Shown here piece after piece: positions 26,880 through 39,636 of a DNA stretch of 64,000 bases; within the stretch, counting starts at the first letter, position 1; each line of letters opens with the position of its first letter. Source of the stretch: Felis catus (Eukaryota); the NCBI RefSeq assembly GCF_018350175.1, contig NC_058368.1:52019815-52083814 (forward strand). The letters are read 5' to 3'. Below the pieces are notes generated by a model, which had not been told where the DNA came from, did no database searches, and saw only the letters and a program-made list of their open reading frames with translations. Both the position numbers and the translations under genes were made by a program.

Positions 26880-27115
26880 GGGCTCTTGGGTGGCTCGGTT
26901 GCTTGAACGTCTGACTTCAGCTCAGGTCATGATCTTGCAGTTCGTGAGTTTGAGCCCTGCGTCAGTCTCTGTACTGACAACTTGGAGCCTGGAGCCTGCT
27001 TTGGATTCTGTGTCTCCCTCTCTCTGTGCCCCTCTTGCACTCTGTCCTTCTCTCTCTCAAAAATAAATAAACATTAAAAAAAAAAGAGAGAGAAAATAAA
27101 ATAAAAATAAATAAA
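26880..27115 (+). mobile_element. Can-SINE within L2 sequence
   Basis: Consensus head and A-rich tail. Confidence 0.92.
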
Positions 27116-27808
27116 CTGAGACCTGAAAGAGCTAGCCATGCAAAAAGTGGCAGGGAGTGGTGGGGAGGAAGCGTTCTAACTTCTCTGTATGTGCAAAGGC
27201 CTTGGGGCAGGAAAGTGGTTGGCTTTGAAGACCCATAGGAAAACTACCATGCCTAGATGATGGAAAGCAAAAGGGAGAGTGACTCAAGATGTGGAAAGAT
27301 AGAAAAAATCTACATCATGCAGACATCATAGCTCATGTTAAAGATTTTGGATTTTGTTTCAAATATAATAGAGAGTTTATTGACGAGTTAAACTCAAGTA
27401 GTGACATGATCCAACATACATTTAAAATATTACAATTTTATAAATATGGAAGTAGAGAGACCAATCAATAGGCAGATACAATATCCAGATGACAACAGTT
27501 CTCCTTCCTAGGGAGAGGCATGGAAAGGAGAAGATGCATGGATTTGAGACACACAGTGGAGTAGAACCCAGAGGTAGAACTTCCTATTGCATTGGGCATG
27601 AGAAGTGAGGAGAAGGAAGAAATCAACGTTCTTTTGAGTTATTGGGGGCTGGTAGTACTCTTTGCATAACAGGGCATACTCAGAGTGGTGGCGTGGAAAG
27701 CAGGTGTGGTGAGAAAATGAAGTTTTATTTTAGATATGTCAGGTTTTCTATATCCATGGGACACCCAGGCAGAGATGTCAAATAGGCTGTGGTAAAGAGA
27801 AATGTGGA

Positions 27809-27932
27809 GGGGCGCCTGGATGGCTCAGTCTGTTAGGCATTCCAATCCTTGATTTTGGCTCAGGTCATGATCTCAACCGTTTGAGTTTGAGCCCCGCATT
27901 GGGCTCTGTGCTGACACTGTGGAGCCTGCTTA

Positions 27933-27988
<56 letters not shown>

Positions 27989-28078
27989 CCCCTCTGCCCC
28001 TCTTCCACTTGCACTCTCTCTGTCTCTTTCAAAAATAAATAAATAAACTTAAGAAAAGGTTAAGATGGCAAATAAAAA
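27809..28078 (+). mobile_element. Can-SINE with long (CT)n and extra tail sequence
   Basis: Consensus head; imperfect TSD aagagaaatgtggag / aagagccaagtggag. Confidence 0.9.
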
Positions 28079-28914
28079 AAGAGCCAAGTGGAGCATGGCC
28101 CGGGGTGGGGGCTGGGTTAATGATATAAATGTGGAAGTCAGCAGCTGCCTCAGTGCTGTGGGATTGGATTTCATCAGGTACGAAGAGAAGGAGGGAGGGA
28201 AAAGACCAAGGCTCCATAGAGCACAATAGAGGCCGGGTCAGGAGCCACAGGACCCTAAAACAGGCTGGTCAATGAAGCAGAATGAAAACCAGGACATGGG
28301 GCACAGGAGTCATGGGGAGAGAGTTTAAAGGAGGGGAAGCTGGTCAGTTGTGCTGAGTGCTCGTTAGCGGTCTCAAGCACAGAGTAAGAACTATTGAGTT
28401 TGACAACACTGAGTTTTGGGTGATCTTGGCACAGGTGTTTCAGTGGAGTGGTAAGTCTAGAAGACTATTTGCATTAAGTTGAAGAATTAAATGGGAAGGA
28501 AGGTCATGGAAGATAACCTTCTGTCCTACTCTCTTCAGACCTGATATGTTCTTGATACATGGAATAATTTTATGACAGTCAAAATCAATTTCCTCTTTAA
28601 AAGAAATGTAAACTCTCTTTTTTTGAAAGCATTTTGAAGCTACTCAGCTCCTGACGTATCTGGAATGCTTAATGGAAAGTCAAGCTACCAATATTAATTA
28701 TGGTATGTGACCTAGAATTTAAAATTTGCCATCAGTCACTAATTGTAGAGTTTGCCTGCCTTACCCAAGTCATCTCCCACAAAAATTTACATCTACATTT
28801 AAGTGATTACGAGCTGGTAAGGTTAGAAAAGATGCAAAGGCATAATCACCAACTTCCAGGGAATTTACAGTTTAAGTTCAAGCTGCCACCCGATATTTAT
28901 AGAAAGCAATTCTA

Positions 28915-29126
28915 AATTTTTTTTCAACGTTTATTTATTTTTTGGGACAGAGAGAAAGAGCATGAACGGAGGAGAGGCAGAGAGAGAGGGAGACACAGAA
29001 TCGGAAACAGGCTCCAGGCTCTGAGCCATCAGCCCAGAGCCCGACGCGGGGCTCGAACTCACAGACCGTGAGATCGTGACCTGGCTGAAGTCGGATGCTT
29101 AACCGACTGCACCACCCAGGCGCCCC
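28915..29126 (-). mobile_element. Can-SINE, young felid subfamily
   Basis: Perfect 15-bp TSD tagaaagcaattcta at 28900-28914 and 29127-29141. Confidence 0.95.
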
Positions 29127-29703
29127 TAGAAAGCAATTCTATAGGTAATTCTTATAATAATCTCAACAAATTCCTTGTTGTCCCTAACATGGCTTATTAT
29201 ATATAAGGAGACTATTCTGCATAACCAGCAAATTAAATAGAATGTATTTGCAGCACTCCAAAATATATTTTGTAAATATATGATTATATGTATCTTAGTA
29301 ACAACTTTTCAGAGGCAACAAGATGAGAAAACAGACAGGAGTGAAAATTAATCAAGAGTTGTCTCTTTCCTCCTCCTCCTCCCTTCTTCCTCCTTAGTCT
29401 GTCTCTTTCCCCTCCTGTCTAAACCCCATCTCTCCTATGACTCCAATTCCATCTCTTCACACTTTCTCAGATTTTTCTTCTCTCAAATATCTCCCTTCTT
29501 CTGTATCTCCGACCTCTCCCTCACTAGCAATTTGCCTCCATTATTAATGTAAACTCTCTCCAGACTCTCGTGTGTTGATAAAAAAAGTTGAATGCTTTAC
29601 AAGTCCCTTAAGCGTAAGAAGTGTCAAGTTCAATTCACGTAAATACTTCTGTTTTCACTTCTGGCACACACACATGCACATCCTTTAAAATAATTACAGG
29701 CTG

Positions 29704-29922
29704 CCCTCCAATAATCCTGTTGGTGCTCTACAGTTAAGTTTGGAGGGGAGGTGGGTGGGGGGGAGGGGATGGGCTACATGGTGATGGGCATTAAGGAGGC
29801 ACTTGTGATGAACACTGGGTATTAGATGCAAGTAAAGAATCATTAAATTTTACACCTGAAACAAATATTGCACCGTATGTTAACTAACTGGAATTTAAAC
29901 ACAAATCTGGAAAGAAAAATAA
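29704..29922 (+). mobile_element. Short carnivore L1 3'UTR insertion with 37-bp 5' inversion
   Basis: Perfect 18-bp TSD taaaataattacaggctg at 29686-29703 and 29923-29940; body aligns by eye to the L1 3'UTR at 22600-22770. Confidence 0.9.
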
Positions 29923-29984
29923 TAAAATAATTACAGGCTGAGTTTTCCTTGTGAATGGCATCACCCATGCTCAAAACCTAGGAT

Positions 29985-30189
29985 GGGGGTGGCTGGGTGG
30001 CTCTGTAGGTTAAGCGACCAACTCTTGACTTCGGCTCAGGTCCTGATCTCATGGTTCATGGGTTTGGCCCCTGCATCAACGCAGAGACTGCTTGGGATTC
30101 TTGCTCTCCCTCTCTCTCTGCCCTTCCCCTGTTTGCATGCATTCTCTCTCTTTCTCTCAAAATAAATGAATAAACTGAAAAAAAAAAAG
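29985..30189 (+). mobile_element. Can-SINE (older)
   Basis: Diverged head, (CT)n, A-tail. Confidence 0.88.
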
Positions 30190-30541
30190 CACTGACTCTC
30201 TTTTCCCTTTCATTAATCACTAGGTCCAGTTTATTTACCTTCTTTATATCTCTGTAGTCCAGCTACATCTTTCCAGAATAATCACCCTAGTCTAGGGCAC
30301 AATATCTCTTACCTTAATCACCTACGACCTTTTAACTGGTTTCTGGGACTTTACTTATGCTTTCCCTCTATTGTCCACAGTGCATCCATGGCGATCTTTC
30401 TAAATGCACCTCCTGGATTAAAAGCCATTAGTGTCTCCCAATTGCTACCCAAGTCAAGTCTGAACTCTTCAGTATATAAATCCCTTTCTGAGGTGGCTTT
30501 TTTTTTTTAACTCACCTATCATTTTCTCCTTGCCTCCGGTG

Positions 30542-30554
30542 ACACACACATACA

Positions 30555-30597
<43 letters not shown>

Positions 30598-30598
30598 A
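30542..30598. repeat. (CA)n microsatellite
   Basis: Directly visible. Confidence 0.93.
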
Positions 30599-31734
30599 CC
30601 CCTTCGGTGGTCATATCCTCTTTAATCTCTGTGCTATGTACATGGTGTCCTCTCTCCTGGAAGAACTTTCCCTGTTCTTGTCCTCTTTTGGCTAGCTTCT
30701 ACTCACTCTCAGACTTCAGCTTAAATGTCTCTCACTCTTGGAAGCCATCCTTAAGTGCCATTGATTCTGGGCTCCTCTCTGTTTTCCTATCAGAGTTCTT
30801 ACCAAACTCCATGTCATGGGATTGATTTTTGGTCTATGGACAAAAATAAATGAACAGCTGCGCTTATTTAAGATTTATTACTTTGTTTTCTCCACAATCT
30901 TTTAAATATGTACTGAGACAATGAATTTCCAAATTGACTACAGTATCAATTTAAGCAATTGAATTAAAGCTTTCCTGGTCTGAAAGTGTACCAGGATTAT
31001 GCTTATCCATGGATTCTTGGTTATACTATGTTTCAACCTCTTGGAAAAATCATTTTTGTAGTACCACCTATAATGTATTGAGATGAAATTCAGTTTCAAC
31101 TACCCTTCAGTTTTCTTTTCCCCCATGTCCTTTGGTTTGCTAAAGAGTTTAAACTTGCAAGAATAAATTTAGGAAGGCACTTGAATTTGCCTGTTTATTA
31201 TATTGAACATATTGTAGTTTTAAAATCTGCTTTGGGATTTATGTGCTTAATAGATTAGTCAACACGACAAAATGCTTCCAAATTGCCTGTTTAGTAAAGT
31301 AACCTGTTTATACTTCTGTCAACTCCAAAGAACCCAGATACTCAGCATTAATAAATATAACTGTGATTAAGAAGCATAAAAAATCTAACCAGAATGGCTA
31401 CAGAGCTTATGATTCAAGATGTGTCCACATGCTTCACTGTACTTCTACTCCATTTTTTAAAATTAATTTTTATATTTATTAAACTAGTATATGTACCTAG
31501 TTTCCTGTAATAATGCTTATAATGAATAATAGATGCTTCCTGCCCCTACCTCAAATCCTTTGGTCTCATGAATGCCACACCCCTAAAATAATGACATTTT
31601 TTTCTCATTTTTTCATAGACTTTTCTTATTTTTCATGTTTTAATAGTTTTCCCTTCATTTTTCTAAAGAATATATGCTTACTGCTGTTTCTTTCTTTCTA
31701 AATTGGATGCTGTCTATAGACTTCCTGTTTCTCT

Positions 31735-31977
31735 TTACTTTTTATTTTTATTTTTAATTTTTTTTTAATATTTATTTTTGAGAGACAGAGAGAGAGCGCG
31801 CACGCGTGCGTGCAAGTGGGGGAGGGGCAGAAAGAGAAGGAGACACAGAACCTGAAGCAGGCTCCAGGCTCTGAGCTGTCAGCACAGAGCCTGACGCCGG
31901 GCGCGAACCCACAACCCGCGAGCTCATGACCTGAGCCAAAGTCAGACACTCAACCTACTAAACCACCCAGGCACCCC
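31735..31977 (-). mobile_element. Can-SINE
   Basis: Consensus body. Confidence 0.92.
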
Positions 31978-32995
31978 TCTCTATACTTTTTAAATTGTGA
32001 AATATAACACATATACAGAAAAGGGTGTAAGATATGTATACTTAAAGAAATATTAAAAATAATAAAGAACTTTCTGGCCCAAAATGTCAATAGTGCTGAG
32101 GATGAGAAGCCTGTTGTAGAGCATGCCATTGTGTGGATCAATCCCCAGATCTGGCTTTTTAAATGATTACTGATGGAGTTTGAGTTTTTCTATTTTTTAT
32201 GGAAACAAACAATACTTCTATGAACATTCTGGTATCTATTTATTGGTCATAAATTTTAGTCCTAGGCTAGCATATCTCCAGCTTTCCCAGATGGTTCCCA
32301 ATTGTTTTCCAAAGTGGAGATTAAATTTTTACCATAGAAAACAAAGATTTCCTTTTCTTGCATCACTTTCCTTCTCCCTTTTCTTCCAGTTTATTTGTAT
32401 AACAAATCTGGTTAAAACAAACTTCCATGTTTATTCTGGCAAAGAAAATTTGCTTAAATCCAAGTCATGTATCTATGATTATATATATATGTATATATAT
32501 ATATATATTTTTTCCTACAAGAGAAAAACTTTTTATGTGTGTGTGTGGGGGTATTAATAATTGCTTAGTTACTTTTTGTTTGACTTTCCATGGAACCGTC
32601 ATTCGTTTATCCTTATGCTTTCCTGGAACGACAAAGTCCTATAAATGTGGTAAGATAGCAGTCAGTCTCTGTTCTGTTTTTTTTTCCCTTGGAACTATTC
32701 TTTCTTTGCTCTTCTGCTCTGACCCAGACTGACCACCTTGTAGACTGGTTGAACATAAGCCACCTGTCCCTGCCATCATCTTGCAAATCGTTTTTGAGTC
32801 TTTCCTGTTCTGGATTCACCTGTTTCCTGGTTTTCTTAATTTCCTCCCTTAGTTTGCTTAAGCATCCTTTGGTGGAGTAGCTTTACATTCTACTTTTCCT
32901 CAATGTCACCTTCAAAATTCTGTTATTATATTTTATTTCTGTGAACATATTTTCAGTTAACCAAGGCGCTTTCTCAATCTTTGAATGCTTCTTTT

Positions 32996-33203
32996 TTTTT
33001 TTTTTCAACTTTTTTTTATTTTATTTTTGGGACAGAGAGAGACAGAGCATGAACGGGGGAGGGGCAGAGAGAGAGGGAGACACAGAATTGGAAACAGGCT
33101 CCAGGCTCTGAGCCATCAGCCCAGAGCCTGATGCGGGGCTTGAACTCACGGACCGCGAGATCGTGACCTGGCTGAAGTCGGACGCTTCAGCGAATGCTGA
33201 ACC
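32996..33203 (-). mobile_element. Young Can-SINE, 5'-truncated with filler
   Basis: TSD gaatgcttctttt at 32983-32995 and 33204-33216; the SINE head is missing. Confidence 0.92.
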
Positions 33204-34834
33204 GAATGCTTCTTTTGTTCACATAGCATTCTTGTTTTTTATTGCTCTTGGAAAATTTATTTTAATTTTCTTGAATTTTACTTGTTCCCCCTGTGCTTTT
33301 TCTGTTTTCTAAGTTCCCCCTGTTGTTTGTTTGTTCGTTTGTTTCAGGTTCTGTCTTTAACGTTAGACGTTTTCTTAAAGGCTCTACTGGCCTTAGTCTG
33401 CTAATTCACATTGAAAAGTGTGGCAAATTGGAAATTCTACTTATGTGGGCAGAATGAAGCAGGCATACAACTCATTGTGATGAGCACCCTCCTCACTCCT
33501 GTATTGATACCCATAGGTATCTTCTTCTTGAACTGATTTTTTTCCCTGGAACAGAATCTTCAATATTTTGCCTGGGATGTCTAAGGCTGCTAGTTGCTCT
33601 TTTGGTTGCTCTTTTGGTGGGATGAGGGGTAAATTCTGACTGCCCATGAGGCAGATGTTTCCTTAATCCTTTGATTCCAGTAAGAGACCTCATTTCCACC
33701 TTCAGCCTGTCCTCATTGTGACCAAGTCCATGGATAATCTGGCACAACACTCTAGAGAATAAGCCACCTGTCTTTTAGCTGGTTAGGGAACAGCCACCCA
33801 TTGTACAGGCTAGAGATGGATGCTAGAGTCTAATCTTTTAGAGTTTGAGTCAATTCTTTTATTTTTGGCCTCACTTCAGACCCTGGCCTCCAAAGGTACC
33901 TGCCACCTCCAATTCCTGAGTCGCTTCTGAGATGTGGAACATGGTACCCTGCCTCCCTGGCAGACATTTAGCAAAGAGGACTGAAATCTGAGTAAGTTGT
34001 CCTGTACCATCTGGTGTTTATCTTATGCAATGTTAGTAACATTTCTAGTCATCTTGTGTCTGCCTTTCATCTCTGTCCTCGTGGGTTTATACCATTTTTT
34101 AATATTTTTTTTTGTCATTTTAATGGAGTGTTTGGAAGGATGACGAGAAAAGCATATATGTTTAATACACTATTTTTAACCAAAAGCTTTACCCTTCGCT
34201 ATTGTTAAGGTAACATGATACATGATACATGTATATATCTATATACAGTATATATAGATATATATCTATATATCTATATATACTGTATATATAGTAGACA
34301 TTACTGAGTGGATAGGAGTTGAGGAAATAGAGATACATCATCATCACACCATCACACATACGTGCAGTAGCTGCTCTGGATGAAGTTTCTGACGTGTCTC
34401 GAATTACCAGTTTCAAAGGTAGCTTCTCATTCTCCCATTCCTCTTATTCGCATCCCATCCATGTTTCTGCTTGGGCTCCCCTGACTTCCGTGGGACGGGT
34501 TTCTCTTGCTCCCTGCAGCCTCCTGAATTTCTCTTCTCTGCCCACTCCTCTTGCCTTGGTGACCCCTGTTGTTTTATCTCTCCATCTCTTCTTTCCTTTT
34601 TTTCCCCCTACTTTTTCTGATTCTCCTTGAGCATTTCATTCATCCCCTTTAACTGGCATCTCTAAGCCACTCGAAGCACACTTTTGTCTTTAACCCAGAT
34701 AGACGTAAGTTTCTCCACGGATGCTTCATGGTACCTGAAGCTCATTATATCCCAAACAGAATTCATTCTATCCTCAGAACTCTTTCCTTCTCTGCAGTTC
34801 AATTGCTGTCTCTCTTTTCCCTTATTATTTAAGT

Positions 34835-35056
34835 CAAGGATCAGCACATTTTTTCTATAAAGGCCAAAGGGTAAATATTTTAGCCTTTGTGGGCCGTAGG
34901 GTTTCTGCTACAACTACCCAACCGTGCTGTTGTCGTGAAAGGCAACTATAGTCCATATGTAAACAAATGGGTGTGACTGTGTTCCAATAAAACTTTACTT
35001 ACAAATACGGGCCAGCAGGCTGGATTTGACCCTGAGCCATAGTGTGCTGATCTCTG
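34835..35056. mobile_element. MER58A-like hAT MITE
   Basis: TIRs caaggatcagcaca / tgtgctgatctctg, 8-bp TSD atttaagt / atctaagt, internal gttccaataaaacttta. Confidence 0.85.
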
Positions 35057-35369
35057 ATCTAAGTTCAGGATCATTCCAGCCAGAAACCTCTAAATTGAGC
35101 TTTATTTCCACATCAACCTGGTCAGTGTGTCTGGATGACTATCTTTTCAACAGACCAGACCTGTTTCTACCATCCCCATACATTTCCTCTCTCAGACCCT
35201 CAGCTTTTTGACTTGTCAGTTACAGGAGCTGTTTATCCAGTCTCACTGCTTTCTGCCTTGTAGTCCTCTGATCCTGCTCCACACTGCTTCCAAAGTAGTC
35301 TCACAAACACCGAACTCATTTTGTTATTCCTTGTTTAAAATACTCAGGGCTTTGCAAATATCTACACTC

Positions 35370-35555
35370 TAGGACTTCCCCAAGTTTAGGTCCATAAGAG
35401 CTATTTGAAGTCTTTGTTAAATTAAATACTTCTGGGCCTCACCTCAGAGGTTCTGATTGTAGGAATCCAAGTTGGAGGCCAGGAATCTGTGTTGTAAACA
35501 AGACATCCCAGATGAGCCTGTGGTGTGCAGTCCTCAGACATTTGATTAACACTGG
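35370..35555. mobile_element. MER5-like fossil
   Basis: ttctgggcctcacctcagaggttctgatt...ggccaggaatctgtgttgtaaacaag. Confidence 0.65.
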
Positions 35556-36128
35556 TCACGGGGGAGGGCAAGCCTCACTACGTAGAACACGGCCGCTCCC
35601 CGCCCCGGGTTGGCTATCTCTCCAGCCCTACCTCTCATGGCTCTCCCTCAGCCTGCTAGGACTCAGGCCCTTTCCCTGAACTGGCCATGTTGCTTTACCC
35701 CTTTTGGTTCTCCCACTTGACATTTAGCCAGCTATGCCATGGACTCTTTGTTTGACAAACTTCCTTTAAGGTCAAGTAACTGACTCTTCTGGTGAGTTTC
35801 CCTAAACTTCCTGATTCTTACCATGCATGTATCTATATACCAGTACCTATAACTTGTTAGCTGCCTTGTTTGCTTGTCTCCCTTATTAGACTGTAAATTT
35901 CTAAAAGGCAGGGATTATGTCTTCTGCATTTGTATATGCCTATATGTTAGAGGTTACACTGAAATTATATAGTAAGTACACTAGAAATTTGTTGATTTGA
36001 TAAAAGAATTAGACTGGCGATATTACTATATATTTTTAATAACATTAACCTGAGATAATTAAACTGAGGCTCTGAGATGTTCACCGACTTGTTTGAGGTC
36101 ACATTGTCAAAACAACTAAGGACATATT

Positions 36129-36221
36129 TTTCCTTCCTTCCTTCCTTCCTTCCTTCCTTCCTTCCTTCCTCCCTCCCTCCCTTCCTTCCTTCCTTCCTTC
36201 CTTCCTTCCTTCCTTCCTTCC
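36129..36221. repeat. (TTCC)n polypyrimidine tetranucleotide repeat
   Basis: Directly visible. Confidence 0.95.
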
Positions 36222-37389
36222 CTTTGGTGGTTTTTCCATTACACATGCTGCCTTCTTAACATGATGCACTTATTCCCTGTGCTCACATGAAACTTGAATC
36301 CTGGAAGTGTCCAGTGGGATTTACCAATTTGGGTATATTTATTCAGTCTGTTGATTAATGTTGTCATTTCTGAGGATGACTAATGACCGAAAGCAAGTCA
36401 TTCAGAATCATTGCTCTTATAAAGAGTTTAGCCTCTGCACTGTTTGGATTTCTGGCCATTTCCATCTTTTGATTTTCTTCCAAGAATATAAATTATATTT
36501 ATTCTGCCTACTCTCTATAATAAATTGTGCATGCATTATTATTATTATTGTAACTTGACAACTGACTGTTCAAGAGAAGGTAGGATCTTGTTGGTGACGG
36601 CTTAAAGAGAGTAACCCTTATGCTTGCTCTTCCTGTACTTCTCACATAGCCCCTGGAACTCTGAACACCTATATCTCAAATGCTCAGCTGAGATTAGGCA
36701 GCTGAAATCCAGCAAAGGTCAGGGATCGCTCAGAAGGGTCTGGAACACTAGGCTGGGTTTAACATCATTGTATGGGAAAAGAGTAAATGCTAATTCTTGG
36801 TTATTTTGGTCAGAGGGAAAAAGGGATCATGTGCTAAGAGACACAACACATGAGCCTTGAGGGCAGTGAGTTTGTGGTTACTCAGGACTCATTTCATTTT
36901 GCCTAGTATTAAAATTTTGTTGTTATTTCTGTCTCCTATCAAATAGGAAACTTGCATTTTATTAATTTCATCCTACTTCACACATAGCAAACACTCAAAA
37001 GAAGCTTGTGAAATGAAGCGAGTAATCCCAAAAGCTCATTTCAACCTTTCCCCTTTGACCTTTGGTCCAATAATTATCAACCAGTGAAATGCTCCAAAGG
37101 CAGGCAACCAGGGAGAGGAAGACAGGAGTGGCCATCGCAAACTATCAACCAGACCATCAGCCTTGGAAAATTGAATGTCTTGTGTGTATATCTGGTTATT
37201 CACAACAATAAAACACAACAATAATGCAGCCTGGAGACCAGAAATTTAACAACTCTTATCCTTCCATGATCATTGTATGCTTAACATAAATAATGTCTAC
37301 CCATAACATTTGTATAACCTTTAAACACTTAATCAATTGGTATTTAATAAATTATTGCCTGCGCAGTGAAAAATAAGCTGGTCTTTTTT

Positions 37390-39636
37390 TTTTAACAATT
37401 TAACTTTTTATTGATTTTGTTTACATAATAAGAAATCAGCAACTACAGTAGTTGCCACTTTAAGTGACCACAAGAAGACAAAATACATAATTATTTTACA
37501 TGTTTATATTACAATTTTATAGAGTTAACTACAGCATACCCATGTTTTGCTGCAAGTTGAATTCCTTTGGCCATATTGGTTTTAATTATGTCCAGAAATC
37601 ATATTTCCTTCTTACCAACTTTTATCAGATGTTAACATTTTCAAATCAAACATTTTTAGAAAAGCTACTGAAAGCAATTTCGTTATAAATAGTCCATGTA
37701 CGTACTCTTTGCGTGCGGTTTCAAAATTTGGCAAGATGATTGCAGACCACAGTCTGATATGGAAAAGGAAAGGGTATTGGGATGTAAATGAGGAGGAAGA
37801 ACCAAAACTCAGTACATGGTAATAAAAATAAGCTAAAACTTAAGTGGAAATAAAAAATATATTAGTTATCCAAAGTTAATTTAAAATCCAAAGTTTGAAA
37901 TGTCTTTTGTGTTGACAAGTGTCTGAGAAAGTGATTGGGAAGAAACTAACAAACCAGACCGTGAGTGATCTGTAAATAGAATCCATGTGGCATGTGAATT
38001 AATTATTGTCATTTCTTTTTGGCCACATCTTGGGGTTTTGGTTTGCTGTATTGTCACATTAGATGCTGGCAGAAAACAACATTGCTAGCTCATTTCCAAC
38101 ACGTGGCCCAGGGTTACTAAAGGAAAAAAAAAAAAGTAGAAACTCTGCTATATTTTAAGACAGAGTTAAAGCTCTTGGGCCCAATTTATTCCTGCAGTCA
38201 CTCTGAGAACATTGCACTGTGTTTTGCTGGAACAGAATCAGGACCTTTTGCATTGATGTGACGGGGCAATGACGAACGTCAGGCTAAGAATGGGAATCCG
38301 TCCCTGTGGGTTTCCTCCCACCCCACCTCATTTCCTCTCTCTTCCGTTCTCTCTTGTACATAGTTTCACACACATATCATCCCAAGTTAACCTAAGGCGC
38401 TCTGCTGGGGAGATGAAAGAATTAGGCAAGAATGCACAAAGAAAGAGGTCCTTACAGTCCCCAAAAGCACTTTTGCCTGTATGTGACAAAAAAGCACCAC
38501 ATCAAAAACTGTTTTTTATTAGTTATTTATAAAAATGATATAAAAATTAGTAATAAGCTTTACAAGTAGTTGTTAAATTGATTAATTTGTGTGATTTCAA
38601 AAAACAGTGTTTTAATTATCATATTACACCTACGCCAGAGACCATTTTGACTGCAGCAGGTGGGAGAGGACCCTGCTTTCTCCTGCGCCCTGTGGGCCCT
38701 GCTCCAGGCAACTCACGTCCTGTCCCTTAGGTGGTTACTGGCATCTCTCCATTGTAAAGGTTCTAAACGCTGGGGCTGGTCCTTTGTTGAATCATCTGCA
38801 TGTCCTATAATTGTAGCTAAGTACTTGCAGATGACAAAAAACACAAATAGTGTTTCAACTACAGTAGTGAAAGGAGAATATTTTAATAATCTTGAAAAAA
38901 AAATCATAGGTAGCATTTTCTTCGCAGAATACATGAGTAGGAGACTTCAAAGCAGTCTTTTGGGAAAGCATTCCAAACCTTCTCTCTCCTTCCCTTTGTG
39001 ACATTTGGCCTTATCTGAATGGAGAAAGATTAATGATTTTCAAAAACCTCAGTCTCTCTGATGCTACCTCCTGATCCTTTAATTATGTTTCTAATGTGAA
39101 AAAAAAAAAAAAAGATACACCAGCTAAACTTGCTTTCACATTTTATAGTCCAGCCAATGGTTTGACACCATGAATTAAGAAAAGGTTCTTTTAAAGGATT
39201 TTTTAAAATTTTAAATTGAGCCATTTAAACTTTACTTAAAGATGCCATTTTACAGTGACACAATTTTCCTTTATATCAGATTCACATGAATTTAAAACAT
39301 AAACCTCTTGAACAGGAATTCAGAGTGAGTTCAACCTAAACCTAAGCAGTGCAGGAATGTACTGGAAGTTATTAAGAGCTACACTGGAGTGCTGGCTGTG
39401 TAAAATTAAGTGCTTTCACGAGGAGGCTTTCTTAATTCTCAAGGCTTTTGTTTTCTCAGGCAATAAATAGCTCACAGAGAGTCATGGGTCACTGTGAGTG
39501 TTAAGAAAATCATCACTCTTACACTTTTACATTGTTTTGTGCAAGCACACAGTTGTTTTGTTTTGGCAAACGCCTCCTTGTTTTAGTGACTTCTGTCCAC
39601 AATAAAGAAAATGAAATTAAGTGACTATTCCTTCTC
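37390..39636 (-). other. EDNRB: EDNRB 3'UTR (distal end approximate)
   Basis: AT-rich stretch free of young repeats after the stop codon. Candidate AATAAA signals on the minus strand at 38515-38520 and 37407-37412. Confidence 0.65.
37407..37412 (-). terminator. EDNRB: Candidate distal polyadenylation signal AATAAA
   Basis: tttatt on the plus strand ~2.2 kb past the stop; T/GT-rich sequence lies further downstream on the minus strand. The cleavage site cannot be determined from sequence. Confidence 0.5.
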
